Shown one piece after another: positions 46,492 through 59,700 of a stretch of DNA of 64,000 bases (position 1 is the stretch's first letter; each line of letters begins with the position of its first letter). The notes beneath the pieces were generated by a model, which had not been told where the DNA came from, searched no databases, and was given only the letters and a program-made list of their open reading frames with translations. Location: contig NIVC01001355.1 in the NCBI GenBank assembly GCA_002269645.1, positions 243,433 through 307,432 on the forward strand. The letters run 5' to 3'. Made by a program: the position numbers and the translations under genes. The DNA is from Macrostomum lignano (lineage: Eukaryota).

Positions 46492-48601
46492 TGATGTAAC
46501 CGCCCTTGTCGCCTGTCCGCTCCGTAGAGAGACGAACGCATGACTAGAGGGGGCAATGACCGTAGGCTGCCTATGACCGGGCAATGACCTGACGGACCTC
46601 CAGCACCAGACTGTCCCGCCCACATGTTTGATAGCTTTGGTAGCGCTTTGTGACCAGAGGGCCAAGGACCCACATGGACCCCACCTGTAGCCAAGGTGCA
46701 ATAGTTGGTCACTCGGTCATGGTATGACCGAGTGGCTGCCACCACTCTATGTGACCTGGCGCACCTGGATCTTACTACCAGACCTCTCGAGGCTAGAGCC
46801 CCGCCTGGGATGGTTACCAGGAGATTTAGGCTAACAGGGGAGACACATGCAGCCGAGTACAGGGACTCTTCTTGGGGCATGATCGGGAACTCTGGGCTCA
46901 ATCTGGAGGATTTCTCAGCAGGGGATCCTTTGTGGCTGTGAGCGAGGCTGACTTGCGACTTTGATTACTAAGAGTAGTATGAGACGAACATGTGCTGTCT
47001 ATAGTTTAGATTGCTCAGGGCGAAGGGACGCGCCAGCATGGGGTTGCAAACCTTCCTACTGCCATTCTGTGCCAAGACTCGCTAATCCCTCTACTGCACG
47101 CACACACGGCCCCGCAGCACGCACTCACAGGCGGGCTTTGCACGGGGAGAGGCCATTAGCTTACCCAACTTCCTTATACTTTGCCACCCCGGGAGAAAGG
47201 CTTAGCAAGCCATGAGTGAAATGATGGTGAGGTTAGTTAACAGTTAATAATTAGGCCCTTAGGCAAATAATCAGGCAATTAGGCGGCTTCACTATTGAGT
47301 AAAAGTACAGCAAAAGATACGGTACCACGATTGGCTCAGCTCTCTAATCAAGTAATGGCAAAATAGGCAAACCCCGGATAAGCAGAGGCAATTAGAGCAC
47401 AAATTAGTAATAGGAACTTACCGGCAGCTGCACAGAGAGAGAGAGAGAGCGGCGGAGTGACCGAGGGCGGTTGTAGGCTGCAGTCAGGCAGACAGTGAAG
47501 CGACGAGGCGCTGATGTAGATCAGGCGATGCTGATGATGCTGGGCGGTATCAGACCGCTGGCCGATAGGCGAGCTCACTTGGGAGCTAAGGTAACTGGGC
47601 AGTATCAGACCGCGGGCCGGCAGAGGTTCTCCTACAGACGAATAGGTCAGAGCTACGTCTGGCAGCGAGTCCACAGTAGGACGAGAAGGAACGCCCAAGC
47701 AAGAAAAGGAAAGGCCAGGACCGAGACCGAGTGAGGATTCACATGCCGAAAACCGCCTCCTTATATAGCCATCCCAGCCGCCGCTCCAAGTTCGTTTCCA
47801 TGACTCCCTCTCTCTGATTGGCTGCCGGCAGAATGACGCCAGGATGAGAAGTATGAGAACGGCATAGCAACATGAGAAATGGGAGAATTGCGCAATCCGG
47901 AGGTGGGCTGGGGGGGTAATTGGCGCAGCGGGAGGTCGCGAAAGTGTTGCGCAAGCAAACATTGAAAACAATGGGGCGGGGATCGAGAACAAAGAAATTG
48001 GAAATCGGGGATAATTGTGGAGAACCGAAAACAATAGAAAAGCAAACATTGGGGAAAATGTGATAATTAGGTGCGAAAATGAGAACAATAGAAAGAGAAA
48101 ATCGAAGAAAATGTGATAAATGGTGGAGATAAAGAGAACAAAAGAATCAAAAACGAGAACAATAGAAGCGGAGGTGGGGTGGGTGTCGCATGAGATATTT
48201 GGGGAGGAGAACAATAGTATGAGAAAAGGTTGCGCAAGAGAGGGGGATGAGTCATCGATGAGTCATCGAGGGGAAGGAGGGGTCACACGACTTGCGTCAC
48301 CGTTTGGGAGTTTGAGAAGGGAAGGGGTGACGGTGAGCGCATAAAATACTGTAAGTAGACACAGAGAAAGGGGGCAGCGCAGGAAACTAGTGCAGAAAGA
48401 GACAAAAAAGAGGAGAGACAGGGAAAGTACACGAAGAATAGGGCGGAAAGCAGAAGAGATAGGGTGGAGGGGGGGGGAGGCACAGAGAGGGATAGGGAGC
48501 TCCGGAAAGGCAAGTGTGGCGGCAGGGGAGACGGAGCCAAGGCAGCAGGGGGTGCAGCAGAGCGGGAGTCCCCAGGCCTGGTCGAAGAAGGAGACCTGGC
48601 C
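46492..48601 (-). mobile_element. Second copy of the 2.2 kb LTR, inverted and missing roughly its first 95 bp
   Basis: Reverse complement of ~35195-37305 throughout. Intact TGATGTAACC end at 46492. Homology stops abruptly at ~48601 and no TSD was found. Confidence 0.85.
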
Positions 48602-49484
48602 TGTAACTGTTGTAAACGATAAGCCATATTTCTCCTTGCAGTAGTTGTTACACTTTTTGTTTACTTTTCTTATTAAATGTTGTTTATTTCACTTTTAAAT
48701 AAATTTAAACGCTTCAATGTTTTACTACTGCACCATGTAAACCAAGTTTTAGATTCACAAGCGCAGTCAAACTGCATAAATTTTATTGTGGTGTATTTTT
48801 TTCTAACCTGAGTAGCGTACTATTCCGCTTTTTTGTCTGCTGCATCCTGATTCCGTGTCCTGCGACTACCGGTTTTGTTAACTTGAAGTTTACTTAACTG
48901 TAATCTTTATCTGCCACTATGAAAGCGCCGTGTGTGTGCGCTACTTCTGCCGGTCCTTTGTGTGACTCATCGAAATTAATTTTAAAGTTTCTGTTTCTGC
49001 ACTTTTAGAAGCCTAAATACTCGTAGATAATTTTCTAAAATGCGATATTTATATATGCGTTAATGCTGCATTAGCCAACAGCAGAAGCGACTCACGGTCA
49101 TGAGACCAAACCTCCTTATTCAGCTTTAACAGCGATAAATAACTGGAACAGTGGAACTGCGGATCAGTCTAAACTACCTAGAAGGCTATGCTGATTGCAC
49201 TGTCACTATACGTCGCTTGCGTTTGCGACACTAAGCATAGCAGTCCGTTTTTATTGGCTTTTTATTAAAATATAACTTTTCCTGCAATTAGGTCTGCTTG
49301 TCCATAAAATGACAAGTGCTTTTGATTTTTACTCATTTTCTATCATCCTAATATTTAGTTTTAGAAATCAATATTATATCTTTAGATGCTCAGCACATCT
49401 TTAGTATGTTAGAAGATTAGAGAATTAAAAACTAAATTGGCAGTTAGACGTATTGTCATGATATTACGGCACGATCGTTTTTTT

Positions 49485-49880
49485 ACTTTCAGTAGCCAGG
49501 AAGCATGTGTAAGCTATTTTATAAAAAGAAACACTGTTGGAGTGACTTGCAGTCGTAAACAACTTGCTATTGGTGCAGCTGCAATGTACATTAGCCAGCG
49601 CCACTAAAAATGTACATGGCAGACAGCTTTAGGCTGGAACACCGAGGAAGGCAATAAAATAGGGTGGGGTAGGCGGGGTAGAGATTTTGTGCAGCAAGCC
49701 GCGGCCGGAGGATTAAACTGGAGATTAAGAGGTCCAATAATAAACGAATCTATATAATTCACATGGCAGCTTTAGGCAGAACAACAGACAAGGCTACAAA
49801 ATTTTGGCGTCGTTGGGGGGATTGAATTTAATTTTCTACTGAGCTAAAAGCAGCTTAGATGCAAATGTGCTCTGTGGATT
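49485..49880 (+). repeat. Paralog of the receptor A upstream block (26140-26640)
   Basis: Collinear conserved motifs with indels. Confidence 0.8.
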
Positions 49881-50493
49881 TAATAGAATATAGCTCAAGC
49901 AGTTCTTTACTAAACCTTCCTATAGTAGTTATTTATTGATAGACCAGTGCAGAAGTCTTATCAGCTATCGGGTGCATTGTATAGTTAGAGTAACCATGCC
50001 TTACTTAGCTACCTATAAGCTACTTTTTGTCTGAATGAAAGTACCTGACATACAAAAATGGTGTCTGTTGTTTTTTTCAGAGTTGAGTACAATGAAGTGC
50101 AAGTGCGTAATAATATTAGTTTCGCTTTTGACATGTAAGTAAAAATTCCCATAAATAATAGCGCTGCAATAACATTGCCATTTGTAGTAACTTCAGTTGT
50201 ATGGTCCAGGGTGGCAGTAATTTGCACGCGCTTGCATGTTATTCTGTCTATTCATTTTTTCTATCCCTTGGTGTCGCAAACTCTATATTAATTACTGAGA
50301 ATGTATTTCTCGTTCGCTAAGATTTTCACTTGTCATATTGGCTGAGGAATGTGCTTTACAGGTTCAGTAGGACTCTTCAATGATAGCACGGAGACCTGGC
50401 AGTAATGCCAGGGCCACTTAAGGCAGTTCTTAATTGCAAATTGAATCAACGACGAAGAGAAACGAGCTGTGCTGCTTTGTACGTGCAGCAGAG

Positions 50494-50583
50494 ACACACT
50501 GAGATCGACCTCTTCTGCTGACTGTTTAAACAAAGCATTGAAGGTCATAAATGTTGAAATCGGTGGACGATAATTCATAGAGG
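50494..50583 (+). pseudogene. Remnant exon 2 of a fourth receptor paralog (D)
   Basis: ADCLNKALKVINVEIGG resembles C exon 2 (QHCIDKALKDINVEIGGDNPQR) and ends at the same GTAAAT donor. It has an extra base and an in-frame stop just before the donor. Confidence 0.6.
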
Positions 50584-50708
50584 GTAAATTTTCACACCCT
50601 TTAAAGTTCGCTAATTGGGAACCTGCAATTGGGAACCTGCAAAAAAGGGCATTAATGGTTTATAATTAAGTCAGTTCGATTGTTTGGCTCTTTCAAGTTG
50701 TTGAATAG

Positions 50709-53700
50709 TTGGCAGTCGCTAGTTGCTAATTGGTTAGCAGTTGCTAGTTGTTGATTGGTTGGCAGTTGCTAGTTGCTAATTGGTTGGCAGTTGCTAGTTG
50801 TTGATTGGTTGACAGTCGCTAGTTGCTAATTGGTTGACAGTCGCTAGTTGCTAATTGGTTGGCAGTTGCTAGTTGCTAATTGGTTGGGAGTTGCTAGTTG
50901 CTAATTGGTTGGCAGTTGCTAGTTGCTAATTGGTTGGCAGTTGCTAGTTGCTAATTGGTTGGCAGTCGCTAGTTGCTAATTGGTTGGCAGTTGCTAGTTG
51001 CTAATTGGTTGGCAGTTGCTAGTTGCTAATTGGTTGGCAGTTGCTAGTTGCTAATTGGTTGGCAGTTGCTAGTTGCTAATTGGTTGGCAGTTGCTAGTTG
51101 CTAATTGGTTGGCAGTTGCTAGTTGCTAATTGGTTGGCAGTTGCTAGTTGCTAATTGGTTGGCAGTTGCTAGTTGCTAATTGGTTGGCAGTTGCTAGTTG
51201 CTAATTGGTTGGCAGTTGCTAGTTGCTAATTGTTTGGCAGTTGCTAGTTGCTAATTGGTTGGCAGTTGCTAGTTGCTAATTGGTTAGCAGTTGCTAGTTG
51301 CTAATTGGTTGGCAGTCGCTAGTTGCTAATTAATTGGTTCGCAGTTGCTAGTTGCTAATTAATTGGTTCGCAGTTGCTAGTTGCTAATTGGTTAGCAGTT
51401 GCTAGTTGCTAATTGGTTGGCAGTCGCTAGTTGCTAATTAATTGGTTCGCAGTTGCTAGTTGCTATTTGGTTAGCAGTTGCTAGCTGCTAATTAATTGGT
51501 TCGCAGTTGCTAGTTGCTAATTGGTTGGCAGTTGCTAGTTGCTAATTGCTTGGCAGTTGCTAATTGGTTGGCAGTTGCTAGTTGCTAATTGGTTGGCAGT
51601 TGCTAGTTGCTAATTGGTTGGCAATTGCTAGTTGCTAATTGGTTGGCAGTTGCTAGTTGCTAATTGGTTGGCAGTTGCTAGTTGCTAATTGGTTGGCAGT
51701 TGCTAGTTTCTAATTGGTTAGCAGTTGCTAGTTGCTAATTGATTGGCAGTTGCTAGTTGCTAATTGGTTGGCAGTTGCTAGTTGCTAATTGGTTGGCAGT
51801 TGCTAGTTGCTAATTGGTTGGCAGTCGCTAGTTGCTAATTAATTGGTTGGCAGTTGCTAGTTGCTAATTGGTTAGCAGTTGCTAGTTGCTAATTGGCTGG
51901 CAGTTGCTAGTTGCTAATTGTTTGGCAGTTGCTAGTTGCTAATTGGTTGGCAATTGCTAGTTGCTAATTGGTTGGCAGTTGCTAGTTGCTAATTGGTTGG
52001 CAGTTGCTAGTTGCTAATTGGTTGGCAGTTGCTCGTTTCTAATTGGTTAGCAGTTGCTAGTTGCTAATTGATTGGCAGTTGCTAGTTGCTAATTGGTTGG
52101 CAGTTGCTAGTTGCTAATTGGTTGGCAGTTGCTAGTTGCTAATTGGTTGGCAGTCGCTAGTTGCTAATTGGTTGGCAGTTGCTAGTTGCTAATTGGTTGG
52201 CAGTTGCTAGTTTCTAATTGGTTGGCAGTTGCTAGTTGCTAATTGGTTGGCAGTTGCTAGTTGCTAATTGGTGTGCAGTTGCTAGTTGCTAATTCTTTGG
52301 CAGTTGCTAGTTGCTAATTGGTTTACAGTCGCTAGTTGCTAATTAATTGGTTCGCAGTTGCTAGTTGCTAATTGGTTGGCAGTTGCTAATTGCTAATTGG
52401 TTGGCAGTCGCTAGTTGCTAATTGGTTGGCAGTTGCTAGTTGCTAATTGGTTAACAGTTGCTAGTTGCTAATTGGTTGGCAGTTGCTAGTTGCTAATTGT
52501 TTGGCAGTTACTAGTTGCTAATTGGTTGGCAGTTGCTAGTTGCTAATTGGTTGGCAGTTGCTAATTGGTTTACAGTCGCTAGTTGCTAATTGGTTGGCAG
52601 TTGCTAGTTGCTAATTGTTTGGCAGTTGCTAGTTGCTAATTGGTTGGCAGTCGCTAATTGCTAATTGGTTGGCAGTCGCTAGTTGCTAATTGGTTTACGG
52701 TTGCTAGTTGCTAATTGGTTGGCAGTTGCTAGTTGCTAATTGGTTGGCAGTTGCTAGTTGCTAATTGGTTGGCAGTTGCTAGTTGCTAATTGGTTTACAG
52801 TTGCTAGTTGCTAATTGGTTGGCAGTTGCTAGTTGCTAATTGGTTGGCAGTTGCTAGTTGCTAATTGGTTGGCAGTCGCTAGTTGCTAATTGGTTGGCAG
52901 TTGCTAGTTGCTAATTGGTTGGCAGTTGCTAGTTGCTAATTGGTTGGCAGTTGCTAGTTGCTAATTGGTTGGCAGTTGCTAGTTGCTAATTGGTTAGCAG
53001 TTGCTAGTTGCTAATTGGTTGGCAGTCGCTAGTTGCTAATTAATTGGTTCGCAGTTGCTAGTTGCTAATTAATTGGTTCGCAGTTGCTAGTTGCTAATTG
53101 GTTAGCAGTTGCTAGTTGCTAATTGGTTGGCAGTCGCTAGTTGCTAATTAATTGGTTCGCAGTTGCTAGTTGCTATTTGGTTAGCAGTTGCTAGCTGCTA
53201 ATTAATTGGTTCGCAGTTGCTAGTTGCTAATTGGTTGGCAGTTGCTAGTTGCTAATTGCTTGGCAGTTGCTAATTGGTTGGCAGTTGCTAGTTGCTAATT
53301 GGTTGGCAGTTGCTAGTTGCTAATTGGTTGGCAATTGCTAGTTGCTAATTGGTTGGCAGTTGCTAGTTGCTAATTGGTTGGCAGTTGCTAGTTGCTAATT
53401 GGTTGGCAGTTGCTAGTTTCTAATTGGTTAGCAGTTGCTAGTTGCTAATTGATTGGCAGTTGCTAGTTGCTAATTGGTTGGCAGTTGCTAGTTGCTAATT
53501 GGTTGGCAGTTGCTAGTTGCTAATTGGTTGGCAGTCGCTAGTTGCTAATTAATTGGTTGGCAGTTGCTAGTTGCTAATTGGTTAGCAGTTGCTAGTTGCT
53601 AATTGGCTGGCAGTTGCTAGTTGCTAATTGTTTGGCAGTTGCTAGTTGCTAATTGGTTGGCAATTGCTAGTTGCTAATTGGTTGGCAGTTGCTAGTTGCT

Positions 53701-56700
53701 AATTGGTTGGCAGTTGCTAGTTGCTAATTGGTTGGCAGTTGCTCGTTTCTAATTGGTTAGCAGTTGCTAGTTGCTAATTGATTGGCAGTTGCTAGTTGCT
53801 AATTGGTTGGCAGTTGCTAGTTGCTAATTGGTTGGCAGTTGCTAGTTGCTAATTGGTTGGCAGTCGCTAGTTGCTAATTGGTTGGCAGTTGCTAGTTGCT
53901 AATTGGTTGGCAGTTGCTAGTTTCTAATTGGTTGGCAGTTGCTAGTTGCTAATTGGTTGGCAGTTGCTAGTTGCTAATTGGTGTGCAGTTGCTAGTTGCT
54001 AATTCTTTGGCAGTTGCTAGTTGCTAATTGGTTTACAGTCGCTAGTTGCTAATTAATTGGTTCGCAGTTGCTAGTTGCTAATTGGTTGGCAGTTGCTAAT
54101 TGCTAATTGGTTGGCAGTCGCTAGTTGCTAATTGGTTGGCAGTTGCTAGTTGCTAATTGGTTAACAGTTGCTAGTTGCTAATTGGTTGGCAGTTGCTAGT
54201 TGCTAATTGTTTGGCAGTTACTAGTTGCTAATTGGTTGGCAGTTGCTAGTTGCTAATTGGTTGGCAGTTGCTAATTGGTTTACAGTCGCTAGTTGCTAAT
54301 TGGTTGGCAGTTGCTAGTTGCTAATTGTTTGGCAGTTGCTAGTTGCTAATTGGTTGGCAGTCGCTAATTGCTAATTGGTTGGCAGTCGCTAGTTGCTAAT
54401 TGGTTTACGGTTGCTAGTTGCTAATTGGTTGGCAGTTGCTAGTTGCTAATTGGTTGGCAGTTGCTAGTTGCTAATTGGTTGGCAGTTGCTAGTTGCTAAT
54501 TGGTTTACAGTTGCTAGTTGCTAATTGGTTGGCAGTTGCTAGTTGCTAATTGGTTGGCAGTTGCTAGTTGCTAATTGGTTGGCAGTCGCTAGTTGCTAAT
54601 TGGTTGGCAGTTGCTAGTTGCTAATTGGTTGGCAGTTGCTAGTTGCTAATTGGTTGGCAGTTGCTAGTTGCTAATTGGTTGGCAGTTGCTAGTTGCTAAT
54701 TGGTTGGCAGTTGCTAGTTGCTAATTGGTTGGCAGTTGCTAGTTGCTAATTGGTTGGCAGTTGCTAGTTGCTAATTGATTGGCAGTCGCTAGTTGCTAAT
54801 TAATTGGTTCGCAGTTGCTAGTTGCTAATTAATTGGTTCGCAGTTGCTAGTTGCTAATTGGTTAGCAGTTGCTAGTTGCTAATTGGTTGGCAGTCGCTAG
54901 TTGCTAATTAATTGGTTCGCAGTTGCTAGTTGCTATTGGTTAGCAGTTGCTAGTGCTAATTAATTGGTTCGCAGTTGCTAGTTGCTAATTGGTTAGCAGT
55001 TGCTAGTTGCTAATTGGTTGGCAGTTGCTAATTGGTTGGCAGTTGCTAGTTGCTAATTGGTTGGCAGTTGCTAGTTGCTAATTGGTTGGCAATTGCTAGT
55101 TGCTAATTGGTTGGCAGTTGCTAGTTGCTAATTGGTTGGCAGTTGCTAGTTGCTAATTGGTTGGCAGTTGCTAGTTTCTAATTGGTTAGCAGTTGCTAGT
55201 TGCTAATTGATTGGCAGTTGCTAGTTGCTAATTGGTTGGCAGTTGCTAGTTGCTAATTGGTTGGCAGTTGCTAGTTGCTAATTGGTTGGCAGTTGCTAGT
55301 TGCTAATTGGTTGGCAGTCGCTAGTTGCTAATTAATTGGTTGGCAGTTGCTAGTTGCTAATTGGTTAGCAGTTGCTAGTTGCTAATTGGCTGGCAGTTGC
55401 TAGTTGCTAATTGTTTGGCAGTTGCTAGTTGCTAATTGGTTGGCAGTTGCTAGTTGCTAATTGGTTGGCAGTTGCTCGTTTCTAATTGGTTAGCAGTTGC
55501 TAGTTGCTAATTGATTGGCAGTTGCTAGTTGCTAATTGGTTGGCAGTTGCTAGTTGCTAATTGGTTGGCAGTTGCTAGTTGCTAATTGGTTGGCAGTCGC
55601 TAGTTGCTAATTGGTTGGCAGTTGCTAGTTGCTAATTGGTTGGCAGTTGCTAGTTTCTAATTGGTTGGCAGTTGCTAGTTGCTAATTGGTTGGCAGTTGC
55701 TAGTTGCTAATTGGTGTGCAGTTGCTAGTTGCTAATTCTTTGGCAGTTGCTAGTTGCTAATTGGTTTACAGTCGCTAGTTGCTAATTAATTGGTTCGCAG
55801 TTGCTAGTTGCTAATTGGTTGGCAGTTGCTAATTGCTAATTGGTTGGCAGTCGCTAGTTGCTAATTGGTTGGCAGTTGCTAGTTGCTAATTGGTTGGCAG
55901 TTGCTAGTTGCTAATTGGTTGGCAGTTGCTAGTTGCTAATTGTTGGCAGTTGCTAGTTGCTAATTGGTTGGCAGTTGCTAGTTGCTAATTGGTTGGCAGT
56001 TGCTAATTGGTTTACAGTCGCTAGTTGCTAATTGGTTGGCAGTTGCTAGTTGCTAATTGGTTGGCAGTTGCTAGTTGCTAATTGGTTGGCAGTCGCTAAT
56101 TGCTAATTGGTTGGCAGTCGCTAGTTGCTAATTGGTTTACAGTTGCTAGTTGCTAATTGGTTAGCAGTTGCTAGTTGCTAATTGGTTGGCAGTTGCTAGT
56201 TGCTAATTGGTTGGCAGTTGCTAGTTGCTAATTGGTTTACAGTTGCTAGTTGCTAATTGGTTAGCAGTTGCTAGTTGCTAATTGGTTGGCAGTTGCTAGT
56301 TGCTAATTGGTTGGCAGTCGCTAGTTGCTAATTGGTTGGCAGTTGCTAGTTGCTAATTGGTTGGCAGTTGCTAGTTGCTAATTGGTTGGCAGTTGCTAGT
56401 TGCTAATTGGTTGGCAGTTGCTAGTTGCTAATTGGTTGGCAGTTGCTAGTTGCTAATTGGTTGGCAGTTGCTAGTTGCTAATTGGTTGGCAGTTGCTAGT
56501 TGCTAATTGATTGGCAGTCGCTAGTTGCTAATTAATTGGTTCGCAGTTGCTAGTTGCTAATTGGTTAGCAGTTGCTAGTTGCTAATTGGTTGGCAGTCGC
56601 TAGTTGCTAATTAATTGGTTCGCAGTTGCTAGTTGCTAATTGGTTAGCAGTTGCTAGTTGCTAATTGGCTGGCAGTTGCTAGTTGCTTATTGGTTGGCAG

Positions 56701-59700
56701 TTGCTAGTTGCTAATTGGTTGGCAATTGCTAGTTGCTAATTGGTTGGCAGTTGCTAGTTGCTAATTGGTTGGCAGTTGCTAGTTGCTAATTGGTTGGCAG
56801 TTGCTAGTTTCTAATTGGTTAGCAGTTGCTAGTTGCTAATTGATTGGCAGTTGCTAGTTGCTAATTGGTTGGCAGTTGCTAGTTGCTAATTGGTTGGCAG
56901 TTGCTAGTTGCTAATTGGTTGGCAGTTGCTAGTTGCTAATTGGTTGGCAGTTGCTAGTTGCTAATTGGTTGGCAGTTGCTAGTTTCTAATTGGTTGGCAG
57001 TTGCTAGTTGCTAATTGGTTGGCAGTTGCTAGTTGCTAATTGGTTGGCAGTTGCTAGTTGCTAATTGTTTGGCAGTTGCTAGTTGCTAATTGGTTTACAG
57101 TCGCTAGTTGCTAATTAATTGGTTCGCAGTTGCTAGTTGCTAATTGGTTGGCAGTTGCTAGTTGCTAATTGGTTGGCAGTTGCTAGTTGCTAATTGGTTG
57201 GCAGTTGCTAGTTGCTAATTGGTTGGCAGTTGCTAGTTGCTAATTGATTGGCAGTCGCTAGTTGCTAATTAATTGGTTCGCAGTTGCTAGTTGCTAATTG
57301 GTTAGCAGTTGCTAGTTGCTAATTGGTTGGCAGTCGCTAGTTGCTAATTAATTGGTTCGCAGTTGCTAGTTGCTAATTGGTTAGCAGTTGCTAGTTGCTA
57401 ATTGGTTGGCAGTTGCTAGTTGCTAATTGGTTGGCAGTTGCTAGTTGCTAATTGGTTGGCAGTTGCTAGTTGCTAATTGGTTGGCAGTTGCTAGTTGCTA
57501 ATTGGTTGGCAGTTGCTAGTTGCTAATTGGTTGGCAGTTGCTAGTTGCTAATTGGTTGGCAGTTGCTAGTTGCTAATTGGTTGGCAGTTGCTAGTTGCTA
57601 ATTGGTTGGCAGTTGCTAGTTGCTAATTGGTTGGCAGTTGCTAGTTGCTAATTGGTTGGCAGTTGCTAGTTGCTAATTGGTTGGCAGTTGCTAGTTGCTA
57701 ATTGGTTGGCAGTTGCTAGTTGCTAATTGGTTGGCAGTTGCTAGTTGCTAATTGGTTGGCAGTTGCTAGTTGCTAATTGTTGGCAGTTGCTAGTTGCTAA
57801 TTGGTTGGCAGTTGCTAGTTGCTAATTGGTTGGCAGTTGCTAGTTGCTAATTGGTTGGCAGTTGCTAGTTGCTAATTGGTTGGCAGTTGCTAGTTGCTAA
57901 TTGGTTGGCAGTTGCTAGTTGCTAATTGGTTGGCAGTTGCTAGTTGCTAATTGGTTGGCAGTTGCTAGTTGCTAATTGGTTGGCAGTTGCTAGTTGCTAA
58001 TTGGTTGGCAGTTGCTAGTTGCTAATTGGTTGGCAGTTGCTAGTTGCTAATTGGTTGCAGTTGCTAGTTGCTAATTTTGGCAGTTGCTAGTTGCTAATTG
58101 GTTTACAGTCGCTAGTTGCTAATTAATTGGTTGCAGTTGCTAGTTGCTAATTGGTTGGCAGTTGCTAGTTGCTAATTGGTTGGCAGTCGCTAGTTGCTAA
58201 TTGGTTGGCAGTTGCTAGTTGCTAATTGGTTGGCAGTTGCTAGTTGCTAATTGGTTGGCAGTTGCTAGTTGCTAATTGTTGGCAGTTGCTAGTTGCTAAT
58301 TGGTTGGCAGTTGCTAGTTGCTAATTGGTTGGCAGTTGCTAATTGGTTGGCAGTCGCTAGTTGCTAATTGGTTGGCAGTTGCTAGTTGCTAATTGGTTGG
58401 CAGTTGCTAGTTGCTAATTGGTTGGCAGTTGCTAGTTGCTAATTGGTTGGCAGTTGCTAGTTGCTAATTGGTTAGTTGCTAGTTGCTAATTGGTTGCAGT
58501 TGCTAGTTGCTAATTGGTTGGCAGTTGCTAGTTGCTAATTGGTTGGCAGTTGCTAGTTGCTAATTGGTTGGCAGTTGCTAGTTGCTAATTGGTTGGCAGT
58601 TGCTAGTTGCTAATTGGTTGGCAGTTGCTAGTTGCTAATTGGTTGGCAGTTGCTAGTTGCTAATTGGTTGGCAGTTGCTAGTTGCTAATTGGTTGGCAGT
58701 TGCTAGTTGCTAATTGTTGGCAGTCGCTAGTTGCTAAATTGGTTCGCAGTTGCTAGTTGCTAATTGGTTGGCAGTTGCTAGTTGCTAATTGGTTGGCAGT
58801 TGCTAGTTGCTAATTGGTTGGCAGTTGCTAGTTGCTAATTGGTTGCAGTTGCTAGTTGCTAATTGGTTGGCAGTTGCTAGTTGCTAATTGGTTGGCAGTT
58901 GCTAGTTGCTAATTGGTTGGCAGTTGCTAGTTGCTAATTGGTTGGCAGTTGCTAGTTGCTAATTGGTTGGCAGTTGCTAGTTGCTAATTGGTTGGCAGTT
59001 GCTAGTTGCTAATTGGTTAGCAGTTGCTAGTTGCTAATTGATTGGCAGTTGCTAGTTGCTAATTGGTTGGCAGTTGCTAGTTGCTAATTGGTTGGCAGTT
59101 GCTAGTTGCTAATTGGTTTACAGTTGCTAGTTGCTAATTGGTTGGCAGTTGCTAGTTGCTAATTGGTTGGCAGTTGCTAGTTGCTAATTGGTTGGCAGTT
59201 GCTAGTTGCTAATTGGTTGGCAGTTGCTAGTTGCTAATTGGTTGGCAGTTGCTAGTTGCTAATTGGTTGGCAGTTGCTAGTTGCTAATTGGTTGGCAGTT
59301 GCTAGTTGCTAATTGGTTGGCAGTTGCTAGTTGCTAATTGGTTGGCAGTTGCTAGTTGCTAATTGGTTGGCAGTTGCTAGTTGCTAATTGATTGGCAGTC
59401 GCTAGTTGCTAATTAATTGGTTCGCAGTTGCTAGTTGCTAATTGGTTAGCAGTTGCTAGTTGCTAATTGGTTGGCAGTCGCTAGTTGCTAATTAATTGGT
59501 TGCAGTTGCTAGTTGCTAATTGGTTAGCAGTTGCTAGTTGCTAATTGGTTGGCAGTTGCTAGTTGCTAATTGGTTGGCAGTTGCTAGTTGCTAATTGGTT
59601 GGCAGTTGCTAGTTGCTAATTGGTTGGCAGTTGCTAGTTGCTAATTGGTTGGCAGTTGCTAGTTGCTAATTGGTTGGCAGTTGCTAGTTGCTAATTGGTT

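Noticed and set aside
48602-48652. TGTAAC...GTTACA mini-element at the LTR truncation point
   Set aside because: Only a 6-bp inverted match with no TSD and no second copy; compatible with chance.
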